In this document: positions 44,609 through 55,993 of the stretch, piece by piece
How the letters are laid out: each line of letters starts with the position of its first letter
Position numbering within the stretch: position 1 is the first letter of the stretch
Assembly: GCF_009914755.1 (NCBI RefSeq)
Contig: NC_060942.1
DNA length: 64,000 bases
Direction: 5' to 3' (one strand)
DNA from: the human T2T-CHM13v2.0 reference genome, Homo sapiens
Notes under the pieces: model-generated
Databases searched by the model: none
What the model was told of the DNA's origin: nothing
The model's input: the letters and a program-made list of their open reading frames with translations, nothing else
Position numbers and translations under genes: made by a program

Positions 44609-44931
44609 CATTGATATAGAAGTGTACATTTTCTATATCAATTACATCCCTAAAATTTTGTACATTGAAGTTGGTCCCAAACCTTTTCTTTTGGATCTTT
44701 TCACTGGGAAACCAGGCAGTCACCTTACTTCGGGGGTTGTATTTGGACATGGTAAATAGCCTGGCCTGTGGCTGGGTGATGGATGTCAAGTGTGCCTCTC
44801 AAACCTGCTGCACAGAATTTAGCAAGAAGCAGGTGCTTGAGAGCTGTTTGTTGAATGCTGGCTGAAGCTTCTGTCCCTGAGAACATATTCCTAAGGCTGA
44901 ATTGCCCATTACATCACCTGCTAGTAGGCAC

Positions 44932-45397
44932 TGATATGGTTTAGATCTGTGTCCCCGCGCAAATCTGATGATCAATTGTAATCCCCAATGTTGGAGGTGG
45001 CGCCTGGTGGGAGGTGATTGGATCATGGGAGTGGTCTGGTGGGAGGTGATTGGATCATGGGAGTGGTCTGGCGGGAGGTGATTGGGTCGTGGGGATGTTT
45101 TCTCATGGTTTAACCCCATCCCCCTTGGTGCTGTCATCACGATAGTGAGTGAGTGAGTTCTCCTCAGATCTGGTTGTTCAAAAGTGTGTAGCGCTCCCTT
45201 CTCTTGCTCTTGCTTCTACTCTGGCCACGTGAGGTGTGTGCTATCATGATTGTAAGTTTCCTGAGGCCTCCCCAGAAGGAGAAGCTGCTATGCCTCTTGT
45301 ACAGCCTGGAGAACTGTGAGCCAATTAAACCTCTGTTCTTTATAAATTACTCAGTCTCAGGTATTTCTTTATAACAATGTGAAAACAGACTCATACA
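44932..45397 (+). mobile_element. MSTA-like MaLR solo LTR with internal 32-bp tandem repeat
   Basis: TGATATGGTTTAGATCTGTGTCCCC...TTGTAAGTTTCCTGAGGCCTCCCCAGAAG...GAGCCAATTAAACCTCT...GACTCATACA. Confidence 0.9.
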
Positions 45398-46498
45398 AAC
45401 ACCTATGCTGGTTTCTGAGCAGTCAAACTGCCAGCCTGAGGAGTGGACAGAACATTCTCTGCTTTGTGTGGATTTGAACCTGTGAAGCAGAGAGTAGAAC
45501 GGTATTACCTAAAGGAAGCCTTTGGCCTATTGCTCAGGCTGGGTAGATGATGTAAATGAGACTTGAGTCTTTATATACTTTACTTCCTGATAATACTTTC
45601 CTATAGGCAGGAAGTGCGTCACCCAAAATTAGGGTGGAGAGGCCCTGTAATGTGATTGAGGGATGTCAAAATGCCTCTCAGAGTTCATATGTCTTCCTAG
45701 CCAGCTTGCCAAAGTGCCAACGATTTCCACCAATAGGTGTCTTAGAGCCAAGCTGGGGCCCACCCCTCTCCTGCCCTTCAGGCTTTGAATTCCACTGTGG
45801 CAGAGCTCTTATTAAAAAGGCAGACATGATGGTCAAAGGGGAGGCACATGAACCCAGTAACACTTAGATGTTAGTTATTTTACCAGGTTAGCTGATGGTA
45901 ACCTAGGGAAGGCCTACTGCAGTGGGGCAATGAGTGAGTTAAATTTGAGTGGACCTGAATGGGGCCATCTCTGGAGAGCTCTAGGAAGCTAAGGGCAGAT
46001 GGAGGACCCCAGAATGTTAGGAGGAAGCAGTGGGAAGCAGAATTTTAAGATGACTTCCAAGGACTTTCCTTTGGGTCATCGCCTCCTGATGAGTGTGGGT
46101 GGAACCTGTGAATGAGATGAGATTCATTCCTGTCTATGTTCTGTTATATGGTAGAAGGAAGGTTGCAAATGTAATGAAGCTTCGGAAATCAGTTGACCTT
46201 AAGAGGGAGATTATCTAGGTGGGCCTGACCTAATCACATGAGCCCTTTACATCTGGGTCTAGAGGTCAGAGATGAGGGAGGTTGGAGATTCAGAGCATGA
46301 GCAGATCCTGCGTGCCATAGCTGGCTTGATAGGTGGGAGTGGACACAGGGGAAGGGGTACGGATTGGCATTAAAGAGCTGAGGGCTGACACTCTGCTGAT
46401 AGTCAGCAAGGAAACAGGGACCTCAGTCCTTCAATCACAAGGAACTGAATTCTGCCAACAAGGGGAAAGAGTTTGAATGTAAATTTTCCCGCAGAGCT

Positions 46499-46628
46499 TC
46501 CAGCCAAGGACCTAGCCAGCGGGACACCTTGATTGCAGACTTGTGAGACTTTGAGCTGAGAACCTAGTGAGCTCAGGGTCTCACAAGGCTGCAATCAAGG
46601 TGTCCCGCTGGCTAGGTCCTTGGCTGGA
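46499..46628. repeat. 59-bp inverted repeat, 12-nt loop (56/59 paired)
   Basis: 46499-46557 is the reverse complement of 46570-46628 with 3 mismatches; outer 40 bp perfect. Confidence 0.97.
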
Positions 46629-46668
46629 CGTCTGACCCGTGGAACTTCGGGTCAATAAATGGGTGTTG

Positions 46669-46858
46669 CATGTGAGGAGTCGGGGAGTGCATCAGGAAGA
46701 ATAGCTAATGGATGCTGTGCTTAAAACTGGGGTGCCGGGATGATCTGTGCAGTAAACCACCATGGCACACATTTACCTATGTAACAAATCTGCACATCTT
46801 GCACATGTACCCCTGAACTTGAAATAAAAATTGAAGAAGAAAGAAAAATAAATAAATA
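46669..46858 (+). mobile_element. Short L1PA (PA10-13-like) 3' end
   Basis: CATCAGGAAGAATAGCTAATGGATGC...ACCTATGTAACAAA.CTGCACAT..TGCACATGTACCCCTGAACTT; TSD AATAAATGGGTGTTG / AATAAACGGATGTTG. Confidence 0.9.
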
Positions 46859-48011
46859 AATAAACGGATGTTGTTTCAAGCCACTAAAACTGTGGTCATT
46901 TTTTATGCAGCAACAGAAAATGAATACGTTCTGCGAATGTCACAGTTTTTCTGGATGTGCGTATTGCTGTTGAATTACTTTCCTCCTTATGAGACAGGTC
47001 AGTGGATGGGTAACTTTTAGAGAAGCTCCTTATATGTTATGACTGGGGAACCTGAGAACTGTGGGGTGCCCTTTCCCCTTTCACCTCTCTTCACAACAGC
47101 TGTATACCAGCTATAATGTTGTAAAATAGGCGTGAGGTTTTTTTTTCTCCGTGTGGTTTTGCATGCTGTAGGGATTCCAGCACTCCTGCTTCTTACAGCA
47201 AGTCAAAATATAGACACTAAATAGCATGTTTTGAAGCACCTCATATTGCCCTTTTGTCAATGTCTTGCCCTGTTTGCAGAGATCACACTCTTCCTCATCC
47301 CAGCTCTCTCGCCCTGGGTTTGGATCTGGGGCTTTCCATTCTCACCCTAAGAAAGCACCCCCTCATAAAGATGACATCACCACTGTGTCAGAGCACTGTC
47401 CCTTGCCACACAGGTGCGAGCTGTGGTTTATCTCTCATTATGGCCCCCATGTGACTCCTGCATGTTCCCGGGCCAATCTCTCCCCTGGGGGTCTTGCACC
47501 AGACAGTCTCTTGAACCTGCACATTCTCCAACAGCAGTAGTAGAGTGGCAGTGGTCCGATAGTCTTTCCAGGCATGAGTGAGTGGGAGACACCCATAGGC
47601 CTGGCAGCACATTTGTTATCAAATCAATGCAGGCTCAGGTTGGGGGCACAGAGGTTAGGTGACCACCCAAGGTGATCCTAGGGACTCAGCCCCTGAATTC
47701 TATGGAAGCCCTGGTGGACATTCAATCCATGTTATTGATGATAGTGACAGATCTGGGATTTAACTCCCCCAAAATGTGGATCCCAGTGTGGGTGAAACAC
47801 AAAAACCATAAAACCATGTATTGAGATTGATGCTCAAGTGATTCAATCAATGAGGCCATTGAGGTCACTAAAAAATGGAGTTTTAGAAATCAGTTGACTC
47901 AAGGGCTATTTCAGATCATGGCTCAGTCTTGGGCTTTCACAGCCACATCTTCCTCTTTGAGGAGAGAAATACGAATAAGCCTGATTATCTGTTCTACGTA
48001 TTGTTGAGCAC

Positions 48012-48447
48012 TGCGATGGTTAATACTGAATGTCAACTTGATTGGATTGAAGGATGCAAAAGTATTGATCCTGGGTGTGTCTGTAAGAGTGTTGTCAAAG
48101 AAGATTAACATTTGAGTCAGTGAGCTGGGAAAGGCAGAATCACCCTTAATCTTGGTGGGCAGCATCTAATCAGGTCAGCCAGGCTAGAATATAAAGCAGG
48201 CAGAAAAACGTGAAAAGACTAGACTAGCTTAGCCTCCCAGCCTACATCTTTCTCCTGTGCTGGATATTTCCTGCCCTCAGACATTGGACTCCAAATTTTT
48301 CAGTTTTGAGACTTGGCCTGGCTCTCCTTGCTCCTCAGCTTGGGACCTTGTGATCGTGTGAGTTAATACTTAATTCACCCCCCCCCCCACTTTATATATC
48401 TATCTATCCTATTAGTTCTGTCCCTCTAGAGAACCATGACTAATAAA
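48012..48447 (+). mobile_element. MLT2A (MLT2A1-like) HERVL solo LTR
   Basis: TG.GATGGTTAATACTGA.TGTCAACTTGATTGGATTGAAGGATGCAAA...CCTCTAGAGAACC.TGACTAATA; perfect 5-bp TSD AGCAC (48007-11, 48448-52). Confidence 0.92.
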
Positions 48448-48544
48448 AGCACCATTGTCCACAACTCAGGAAGCTGGTTCTTTTCTGAGGCTCTCATTCT
48501 AGGCCATTGTCCTTTATGTGATGGTTTTGTCATTATATTTACAA

Positions 48545-48562
48545 ACACACACACCCACATGT

Positions 48563-48593
<31 letters not shown>
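48545..48593. repeat. Interrupted (CA)n microsatellite
   Basis: Direct reading. Confidence 0.9.
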
Positions 48594-48596
<3 letters not shown>

Positions 48597-48749
48597 GATT
48601 ACACCGGTTGGGAGTAATGACATCCATAAACTGTCCACTTTATTTTTTAGTTAAATCTACATCATACAGTACAAGCAATAATTAAAAGGACACAAGATTT
48701 ACTTAGGCAGGGAAGAGGCATCTTTGTTTTTGCTTGTGTGTCTACAGGT

Positions 48750-49124
48750 TGGTCTGTTGAGGTTGTGCTCTGTTGGTGGTTCCACTTCCATGGCCAAGCT
48801 GAGCTTGGCTCTTGGCTGCAAGTTGGGCTGAGGTTTGCTTTGCTTCACGGGTCTTCATTCTGAGGCCTTGGCAGAAGAGGCAGCCGTGAGCTGATGGGCA
48901 ATACTCTCCTCAGGGCAATGCCAGAGAGGCAAGAGCACACACGGAGCCATGCTGCCTCTAAGGCCAGGCTTGGAACTGGTGCCGTCGTCGTGTCTGCCTA
49001 CATTTCATTAGATAAAGCAAGTTAGGGGCCTGCACTCCACGTGGAGGTGTGGGGAAGTATAATTCCACCTTAGAAGAGGAAGGCAGGGAGTAATTATTTT
49101 TGATCATCAACCTACTTTACCTCA
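48750..49124 (-). mobile_element. Old MLT1 (H-like) LTR fragment
   Basis: GCCTCTAAGGCCAGGCTTGGAACTGG...CATTTCATT..AAAGCAAGT...GGGGAAGTATA.TTCCACCT. Confidence 0.55.
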
Positions 49125-49699
49125 GGGGGTCAGCTGAGTGTATGTGTATGTAATATATTGTCTTTTTAAACACAGAGGCACCCACCCACGTAGTGAGATC
49201 TCTGAAGTGCTAAGGACTTCAATGCTTGGACTTTTAACATATATGGACCATGTTCAACTGTTTTAGCACAACAGCTTTCCCTGTATTAATTTTTTCTGGT
49301 CTTTCTTCTGGCCTCTCCACATTAATTCAGGTCACTTGCTGTTAAAAAACGAAACAAGATAGTGTTTCAAAGAAAAATGTTCTGTATGAAATATTTAAAC
49401 CTGGTTAAAACTACCAGCAAGATGGAGTTGAATGTTTTATGTGATAACTGGTGCTCAAATCTTGGTTCCCTTCAGGGAGGAAGGGAAGAGCAGGGGTGGC
49501 AAACCCAGGCCTGGTGCTTACGATTCAGTTGCCCAGAGGAATTTTCCACCCAAAGCCAAACACCCATGCTGAGATGTTGGGTTCTCTTGGTTTATTCAAC
49601 AAGAGGAATGGAAGTTAGTTTCTAATACCCATCACTCTGAAAAAAGAATCAAGAGAAGAGGGGTGCAGACAGGGATGTGTTACTGTTTTTTTTAGGATC

Positions 49700-49850
49700 T
49701 TCCCTGTACTAGAGACTGTGGCTGCTGTTTTATATGTGAGGGTAACTATGGCTCTGAGGGGTTAAGTAACTTATCTAAGTTCTCATGGTAGAAAGAAGCG
49801 AGCCAGGCAGGATTCAGCTTCCAAAAGCCTATCCTCTTGGCATGACACTA
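49700..49850 (-). mobile_element. MIR
   Basis: GGCTCTGAGGGGTTAAGTAACTTATCTAAG. Confidence 0.55.
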
Positions 49851-51022
49851 TATTGGATGGAATGGCATTTCCTTCCATACGTCAGTGATGGGAAGCTCAT
49901 TTCTTATAGGGCAGGTTACAGAGAGAGCTCAAGATTGTAGCAGTGACCTAATACTGACCTTTGGGCTCTTTACAGCTTCTGCTGGTACTGAATAGCAATC
50001 TCTTGTCTCTGGCAGTTCTTTAAACTTTCCTCCTTAGTCTTCTCCAGGTGTGTTCCTTCAGGTCCTTTTCACATGACACAGTGTTCAGTTTTAATCACCC
50101 TTGGTTATCCTTTTTCAGATGAGCTCCAGCTTCTCGTAAGTGGCAAGGAATGAAAGAAAAAGCCAGAAGAATTCTCAAAAAGACAGGCAAGCCCACCTGC
50201 TTTATCTTGGTGTGACAAGGGCAGGTGACTTTCTGGTTTGGGTTCTGGCCTGGAAGTATAGGCAGCCCCTTGTCCATTACACTGCATGGAAATTCACCCT
50301 CGGGCAGGGGTTGTGTTGTGTCCAGGGGGTATTGGGCTTCAGCCCTGGTTTTGGGTGCGCAATAGAGTTGAAACCATAGAGTCAGCTATCACCTGCTTCT
50401 CTACGGTTATTTATTAGCCAGGTATTTATTACACCACTTAAAGAAGAGGCAGGAAGGGGAGGATAAGCTGAGAGAGGACCCAAAGTGCTCAAATTCCCCA
50501 TATCTCATTCCCTCCCTCTCTGATGGTAGATGACAGGAGGTCATCACCAGTTCACCCTTGAACATCCCAAGGTTATAGAATAAGCTGTCTGCACTACTAA
50601 CGAATCATGGTGTGGATTAAATAAACAGGTGTGGATAGCTGTGGATTTATGAATACACCTTGATAGGTGTGGATTTATGAATAAATATGAAGAATATGAA
50701 ATACAAAAATAACTGAAAGGAAGATAAATAGTGTGCTTCAAGGAAATGCACTAAGGAAATGGACTTGAACATGCAAAAATCTCTGTGACTTGATTCTCAG
50801 TATAAAGCAATTCATATCTTGTTTGGGGAAGAACTTTTCCCATTCTTTTGGTGTTTTAACCAAATCCACATCTTTCCCTGGTGCTTTGTGGAGCAGATCT
50901 ACTTAAGCAAGTAACTGCTTTGAGTGCAGACCTCTCTGTATTTACTACAGTGTCCAGGCTGGAAGAAGTTGAATTCTAAATGCACTGTCACCACCTGAAA
51001 AAGGGATTTTGGCAAAGCCCCA

Positions 51023-51428
51023 TGTTATAGATTGAATTGTATACCTCCCCAACTTCAAATGTCCTTATCCCCAGTACCTCAGAATGTGACCATTCGGAGA
51101 TAAGTTCTTCATAGAGGTGTGAAGTTAAAATGAGGCCATTAGACTGGGCCTGCATCCAATATGACTTGTGTTCCTATAAGAAGAGGGAATTTGGCCACAG
51201 ACACGCATAGAGGGACGATGATGTGAAGAGACACAGGGAGAGGATGGCCAATGACAAGCCAGGGAGAGAGACCTGGAACAGATTGTGCCTTCACTGCCCT
51301 CAGAAGAAACCAACCCTTCTTGACACATTGATTTCAAACTTCTAGCTTCCAGACCTGGGAGATAATACATTTCTTTTGTTTAAGCCACCCAGTTGATGAT
51401 GTTACGGTAGCCCTAGCAAACAAACATC
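51023..51428 (+). mobile_element. MLT1B-like MaLR solo LTR
   Basis: TGTTATAGATTGAATTGT...CCCCAGTACCTCAGAATGTGACC...TAAGCCACCCAGT...GCCCTAGCAAAC. Confidence 0.88.
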
Positions 51429-52904
51429 GCCCATTCAGAAAGACATATTGTATGCCGGATAAGAGGGGGAAGATGAAGAAAGGAAGAAAATAATGAGTTG
51501 GGGAGAGCTTGATGATCTCAAGGTATGTGTGGGTAGTGGCTAAGTTTGGGAGGGGAGGAGGAATCATTGTTGGCAGGTCCCACATGAGGTCGTTGCAGTG
51601 AGTGTTTATTGCAAATATATTAAAAATCAATTATCAGCCCAAAGTTAATTCTAAAATTGAGGTCATTTTCATTCTTTTTTAAAAAAAAATTCAGTGGGAA
51701 TGTTGCAGTCCACAAAGCGTGGGTATGCCAACGGGGAAGAAAGGTATCTTCTTGGTGGGAATTTGCATTTATTTCGTCCTCTCTCCCCACCAGCAGATAC
51801 CCCCAACCCTGCATTCTTTCACAGGGATGTCTGGCCGAAGGGAGCCCTGGGCCCTCTGAAAGCAGCCACTGTGAATTCCTTTAGGTAGGGATTTGATCGG
51901 GCTGTTTTCATTCTGCTTTCTATTAACATGAACTGCCAGTGTGTGTTATGTCCAGACAACCACCTTGTGGAAACCCAGAGAAAGCTGCAAAATAGAAACG
52001 AGGTAATCTCCTTGAAGTGGCTTGTCAGGGCCTTCTCAGGTCAGCGGGGAGGAGCCGAGCGCCACAGCGTCCTTGAGATCTGAGTGGGGTTGCGAGAGTG
52101 CCCGGTGCCTGCCTCCTTACACCCTTGGAAATCACAAAGAGCCTTTATGTCCACTGCAGCCTGTGAATCGGCTTTCATCATTGGCACCAAAGTCCCGCCA
52201 CTCTCGGGTAATAAAGGACACGAAGATCAATCCTGAGGGAGAAGACTCCAGTTCCAGAATGTCCCTTTGTCCAGAAACAGCTGTGTGGAATTCAAGACTA
52301 TCCAAGGATGGAAAGATCACAGGATCTCTTTCTTTCATTGTCTACTTGTTCGTCTGGGCACCACACTGTGCTTCTGCCATCTACGGAGCTGCCCACCACC
52401 GTGAAGGCGTGAGGCCTTAGGTTAAAGATTTATTCTTTTCTGCAGAGGCTCAAGGTGGCTGTTAACTCTCTCCTTGCCTTTCTTTCATTAAAAAGATTTA
52501 TATTAATACCATTTGGAAATCTACAGACATAAGAGTATATAAATCACGTACGGACAATTTAAAGAGCAATAAAGCAAATGACACCTGTGTACCCATCTCT
52601 AACTTTAAGAAATAAATTCTACTTCTTCTTTCAGGGGCATTGTAGTAATACCAGTGGAACCTTATTTCTCTTTGGGATACTATCTTTTGACATGGCTATG
52701 TTATCCTGTCAGGCTAGGAGACTCAGAGCATATTAGGGTATAAGAATAATTAACTTGAGTGTTGGCCTCTGTCCTTTTACCGGTGTACCAAATATTAGCA
52801 AACAAAGGCATAGCACTGCAACAAATCACTTTGCTCATGAATGTAGCTCAATTAAAAAATAACCTGTTTCAAAGTTGGTAGACAGTAACCATGTAGATAA
52901 ACCT

Positions 52905-53025
52905 CTATCCATCCATCTGCTCATCAATTCATCTGTCTGTCCATCTACCCAATAGTTGATTTATTTGTAACCCATTAATTCATCAATCAAATATTTATTG
53001 TGTGCCTACTGTGTACTAAACACTC
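52905..53025 (-). mobile_element. L2 3' tail
   Basis: (CCAT/TCAT)-like tail then CAAATATTTATTG..TGCCTACTGTGT. Confidence 0.6.
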
Positions 53026-53599
53026 AACAGACCCAAAAGGAGTGGGAAGAGAATGGGGAAAAGGGTCAGGAGCAGAGCTGTCTTCTAGCCTGTTTTCCTT
53101 CTCCCAATTCAAGCATCCTTGACCCTTTCCTCACTGATGTGGGAAATAAAATGATGCCTTTGTCCCAGGTGTCAATATTACAAGGACATTCTACTACTTC
53201 TTGGCTCTAATCAATTAGGGACGGTTTGCCTTCTAGATTCTCAGCTCTTCAACTTTCCCCTGAACCCTACTCTCAATCTAGTATGAGTTCAAAAGGACCA
53301 TAGAACCTTAACCCACCTTGTGCCAGGATGTACTCTGGTGTTCTCTGGGGGTGGCATGAATGCCATATTTGAGAAGGAGCCCCACTTTCAGCTGGGCCTG
53401 GTTGGGGAATTGTATAAACAAGTGTCGATCTACAGAGTGACAGCTCTGGGAAATGAGACATTCAGCATATCTTCTGCCACTGTGGAACTTCGGGGTGGGA
53501 GCAGGTACATCTCATGGGACAAGGAGAGTGGGTTGGGTATAATAAACTCAGGTTTCCTTAATTTACTTGTTCTTCTCTAGGAAAAAAGGATGGGATCAC

Positions 53600-53820
53600 A
53601 TGTATTGATACATGTGTTATGTGCCTGGCACTGAGCTAGGTTTGATAGAATTTTGTCTTCATAAAACCCTCCTAGGGAGGTGTTCTTATCCCCATTTTAC
53701 AGAGGAAGAAACTGAGGCCTTGAGAGAGTAAATGGCTTGCCCAAGACTTCACAGTCCGGAAGAGATGAGGCTGATAGTTGAAGATGTCCTTTGTTTACAA
53801 CACTGTTCAGCCTCTTCTGT
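53600..53820 (-). mobile_element. MIR
   Basis: TTATCCCCATTTTACAGAGGAAGAAACTGAGGC...TGGCTTGCCCAAG. Confidence 0.8.
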
Positions 53821-54084
53821 TCAACAGGAGTCAACTGCTAAAGGGCCAACAGCACTGCATCAGAATGTGCTGCAAGTCATCCCAGTCAACGCAACCCATG
53901 CCTGCCACAGAGGCACCTGCTGCCCCCGGTACCTGAAACTCTCTACTGCTCCAGGAGGGAACAGGGCTGATTCAGGACACAATGGCAAATTGATCATTTT
54001 TCATTTTCTTATAGCCCCCATCACTGCCCTCCTCTTCCTTTTCAATATTTCCACTTCTTTGGCGTTGGGGTATCCAATGCCCCT

Positions 54085-54280
54085 AGTGCAGAGAAGCAGC
54101 CTGACACAATGGGGTGTCTGTGGGTTTGGGATGGAACCCTGGCTCTGCAACCAACTGGGAGACCTCAGGTAAGCTTCAGTTGCCTCATCTGTAAAAACGG
54201 CAGCAATGGGGTCTACGTCACATTGGTAGTCTAGTCATAGAAACTGGCATACGCAGCAGAAACTCATCAAATGGGACTCA
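54085..54280 (+). mobile_element. MIR
   Basis: CCCTGGCTCTGC...CTTCAGTTGCCTCATCTGTAAAA. Confidence 0.6.
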
Positions 54281-54431
54281 CTTTTTCTTAGCTTGATCTG
54301 CCTACAGCATTGCTTCATGACCTTGACCTCTCGTCCTGTGTTCATAGCTGTGTCCAAGGCTTGTTCATCATACCTCTCCCCAATCTTGATTAGTTTTCCT
54401 AAGGCATTTGTGACAATTAAAAGTGGAATGG

Positions 54432-54954
<523 letters not shown>

Positions 54955-55869
54955 CTACATGTGAGAATGTTGATGGAAGCTGGAGAAACATATTACCAAA
55001 CACATTACCATCTTAAACCTAGAACTCATTTAGTTTCTAAACTCTCTCTGTGATTGTATTGTTTGCATCTGTCATTGTAATACCAGTAATCCTTAGACCT
55101 AAGCCTCACTAATACAATTAAAACTAGGGAATTATCAGACTGGGAGCTCATTTCATGGTGAAATGTCATGTACTTAACAGTTGCTGATATCTTGTAGCTA
55201 ACTTTTCACCTCACCTCCACCTGAATGATTTTTATAACCAAACTGCAGTGCATGACCAAATTAGCGATTACTGTGTTTGGGCAAATATGACACATCTCAT
55301 TTAATGTATATCTTAGTGTGAGACCAACCAACCTCTAAACACACAGAATCTAGATCAATTTCTTTTAAATGAGCACATAGTAATTTTTGTCTAATCACTC
55401 TGGAAGAAATAGAAATGTCTGCAATTGCTTTGGAAATTAACCCCACACATGTGCCTGTCCACACACATACATACACACCAAGTGCCATCAAAGGTTACAA
55501 CTTCTGAATTTTCATGATAATCTTAAAATTGGCTAGGACTTTAGCAATTATTTAATCTGAAGCGTGAAGAAAATGAGGTTTGGGAAAGGGAAGGAAAGCC
55601 TGAGTTTGCACTGCTAGTTAGTGATACTCTTTGTCTAGTTTTCCCCCGTGTCCAGTGACACCTATGTTCTTCCTCCTTTCCCCTCTTCCCTTGAGTTCCA
55701 TGCCCTTTTCTAGACATCTTCTACTAACTACACAACTGGCTCCCCCACTTTCTTTAGGTCTCTGCTCTCCCTTTGCACCCAACATAAAGTGGTGTCCTAA
55801 CCCTCAGGACTCCTTAGTCTCCATAGCATTTACTCCCAGCTTCCAGCTTGGGGGTTTACTACCTAATGG

Positions 55870-55993
55870 CTCCAACTAGAATGTAAGCCTCATGAAAGAA
55901 AGGACTTTGTTTTGTTCACTGAAAAGTCTGCACCACTGACAACCATGCAGGGTGCACAATAGGTGCTCAATAAATATCTGTTGAATGAATAGA
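55870..55993 (+). mobile_element. L2 3' end
   Basis: CTAGAATGTAAGC...TTTTGTTCACTG...TAGGTGCTCAATAAATATCTGTTGAATGAAT. Confidence 0.75.

Larger units (their letters stand above)
46030..46927 (+). mobile_element. MLT1E-like MaLR LTR containing an inverted duplication and an L1 insertion
   Basis: GGGAGATTATCTAGGTGGGCCTGACCTAATCACATGAGCCCTTTA; CAGCAAGGAAACAGGGACCTCAGTCC; AAGCCACTAA...TATGCAGCAACAGAAAA. Confidence 0.85.

Noticed and set aside
45004-45093. CRISPR-like 32-bp repeats
   Set aside because: Repeats are adjacent with no spacers, lie inside a MaLR LTR in eukaryotic DNA, and no cas genes are present.
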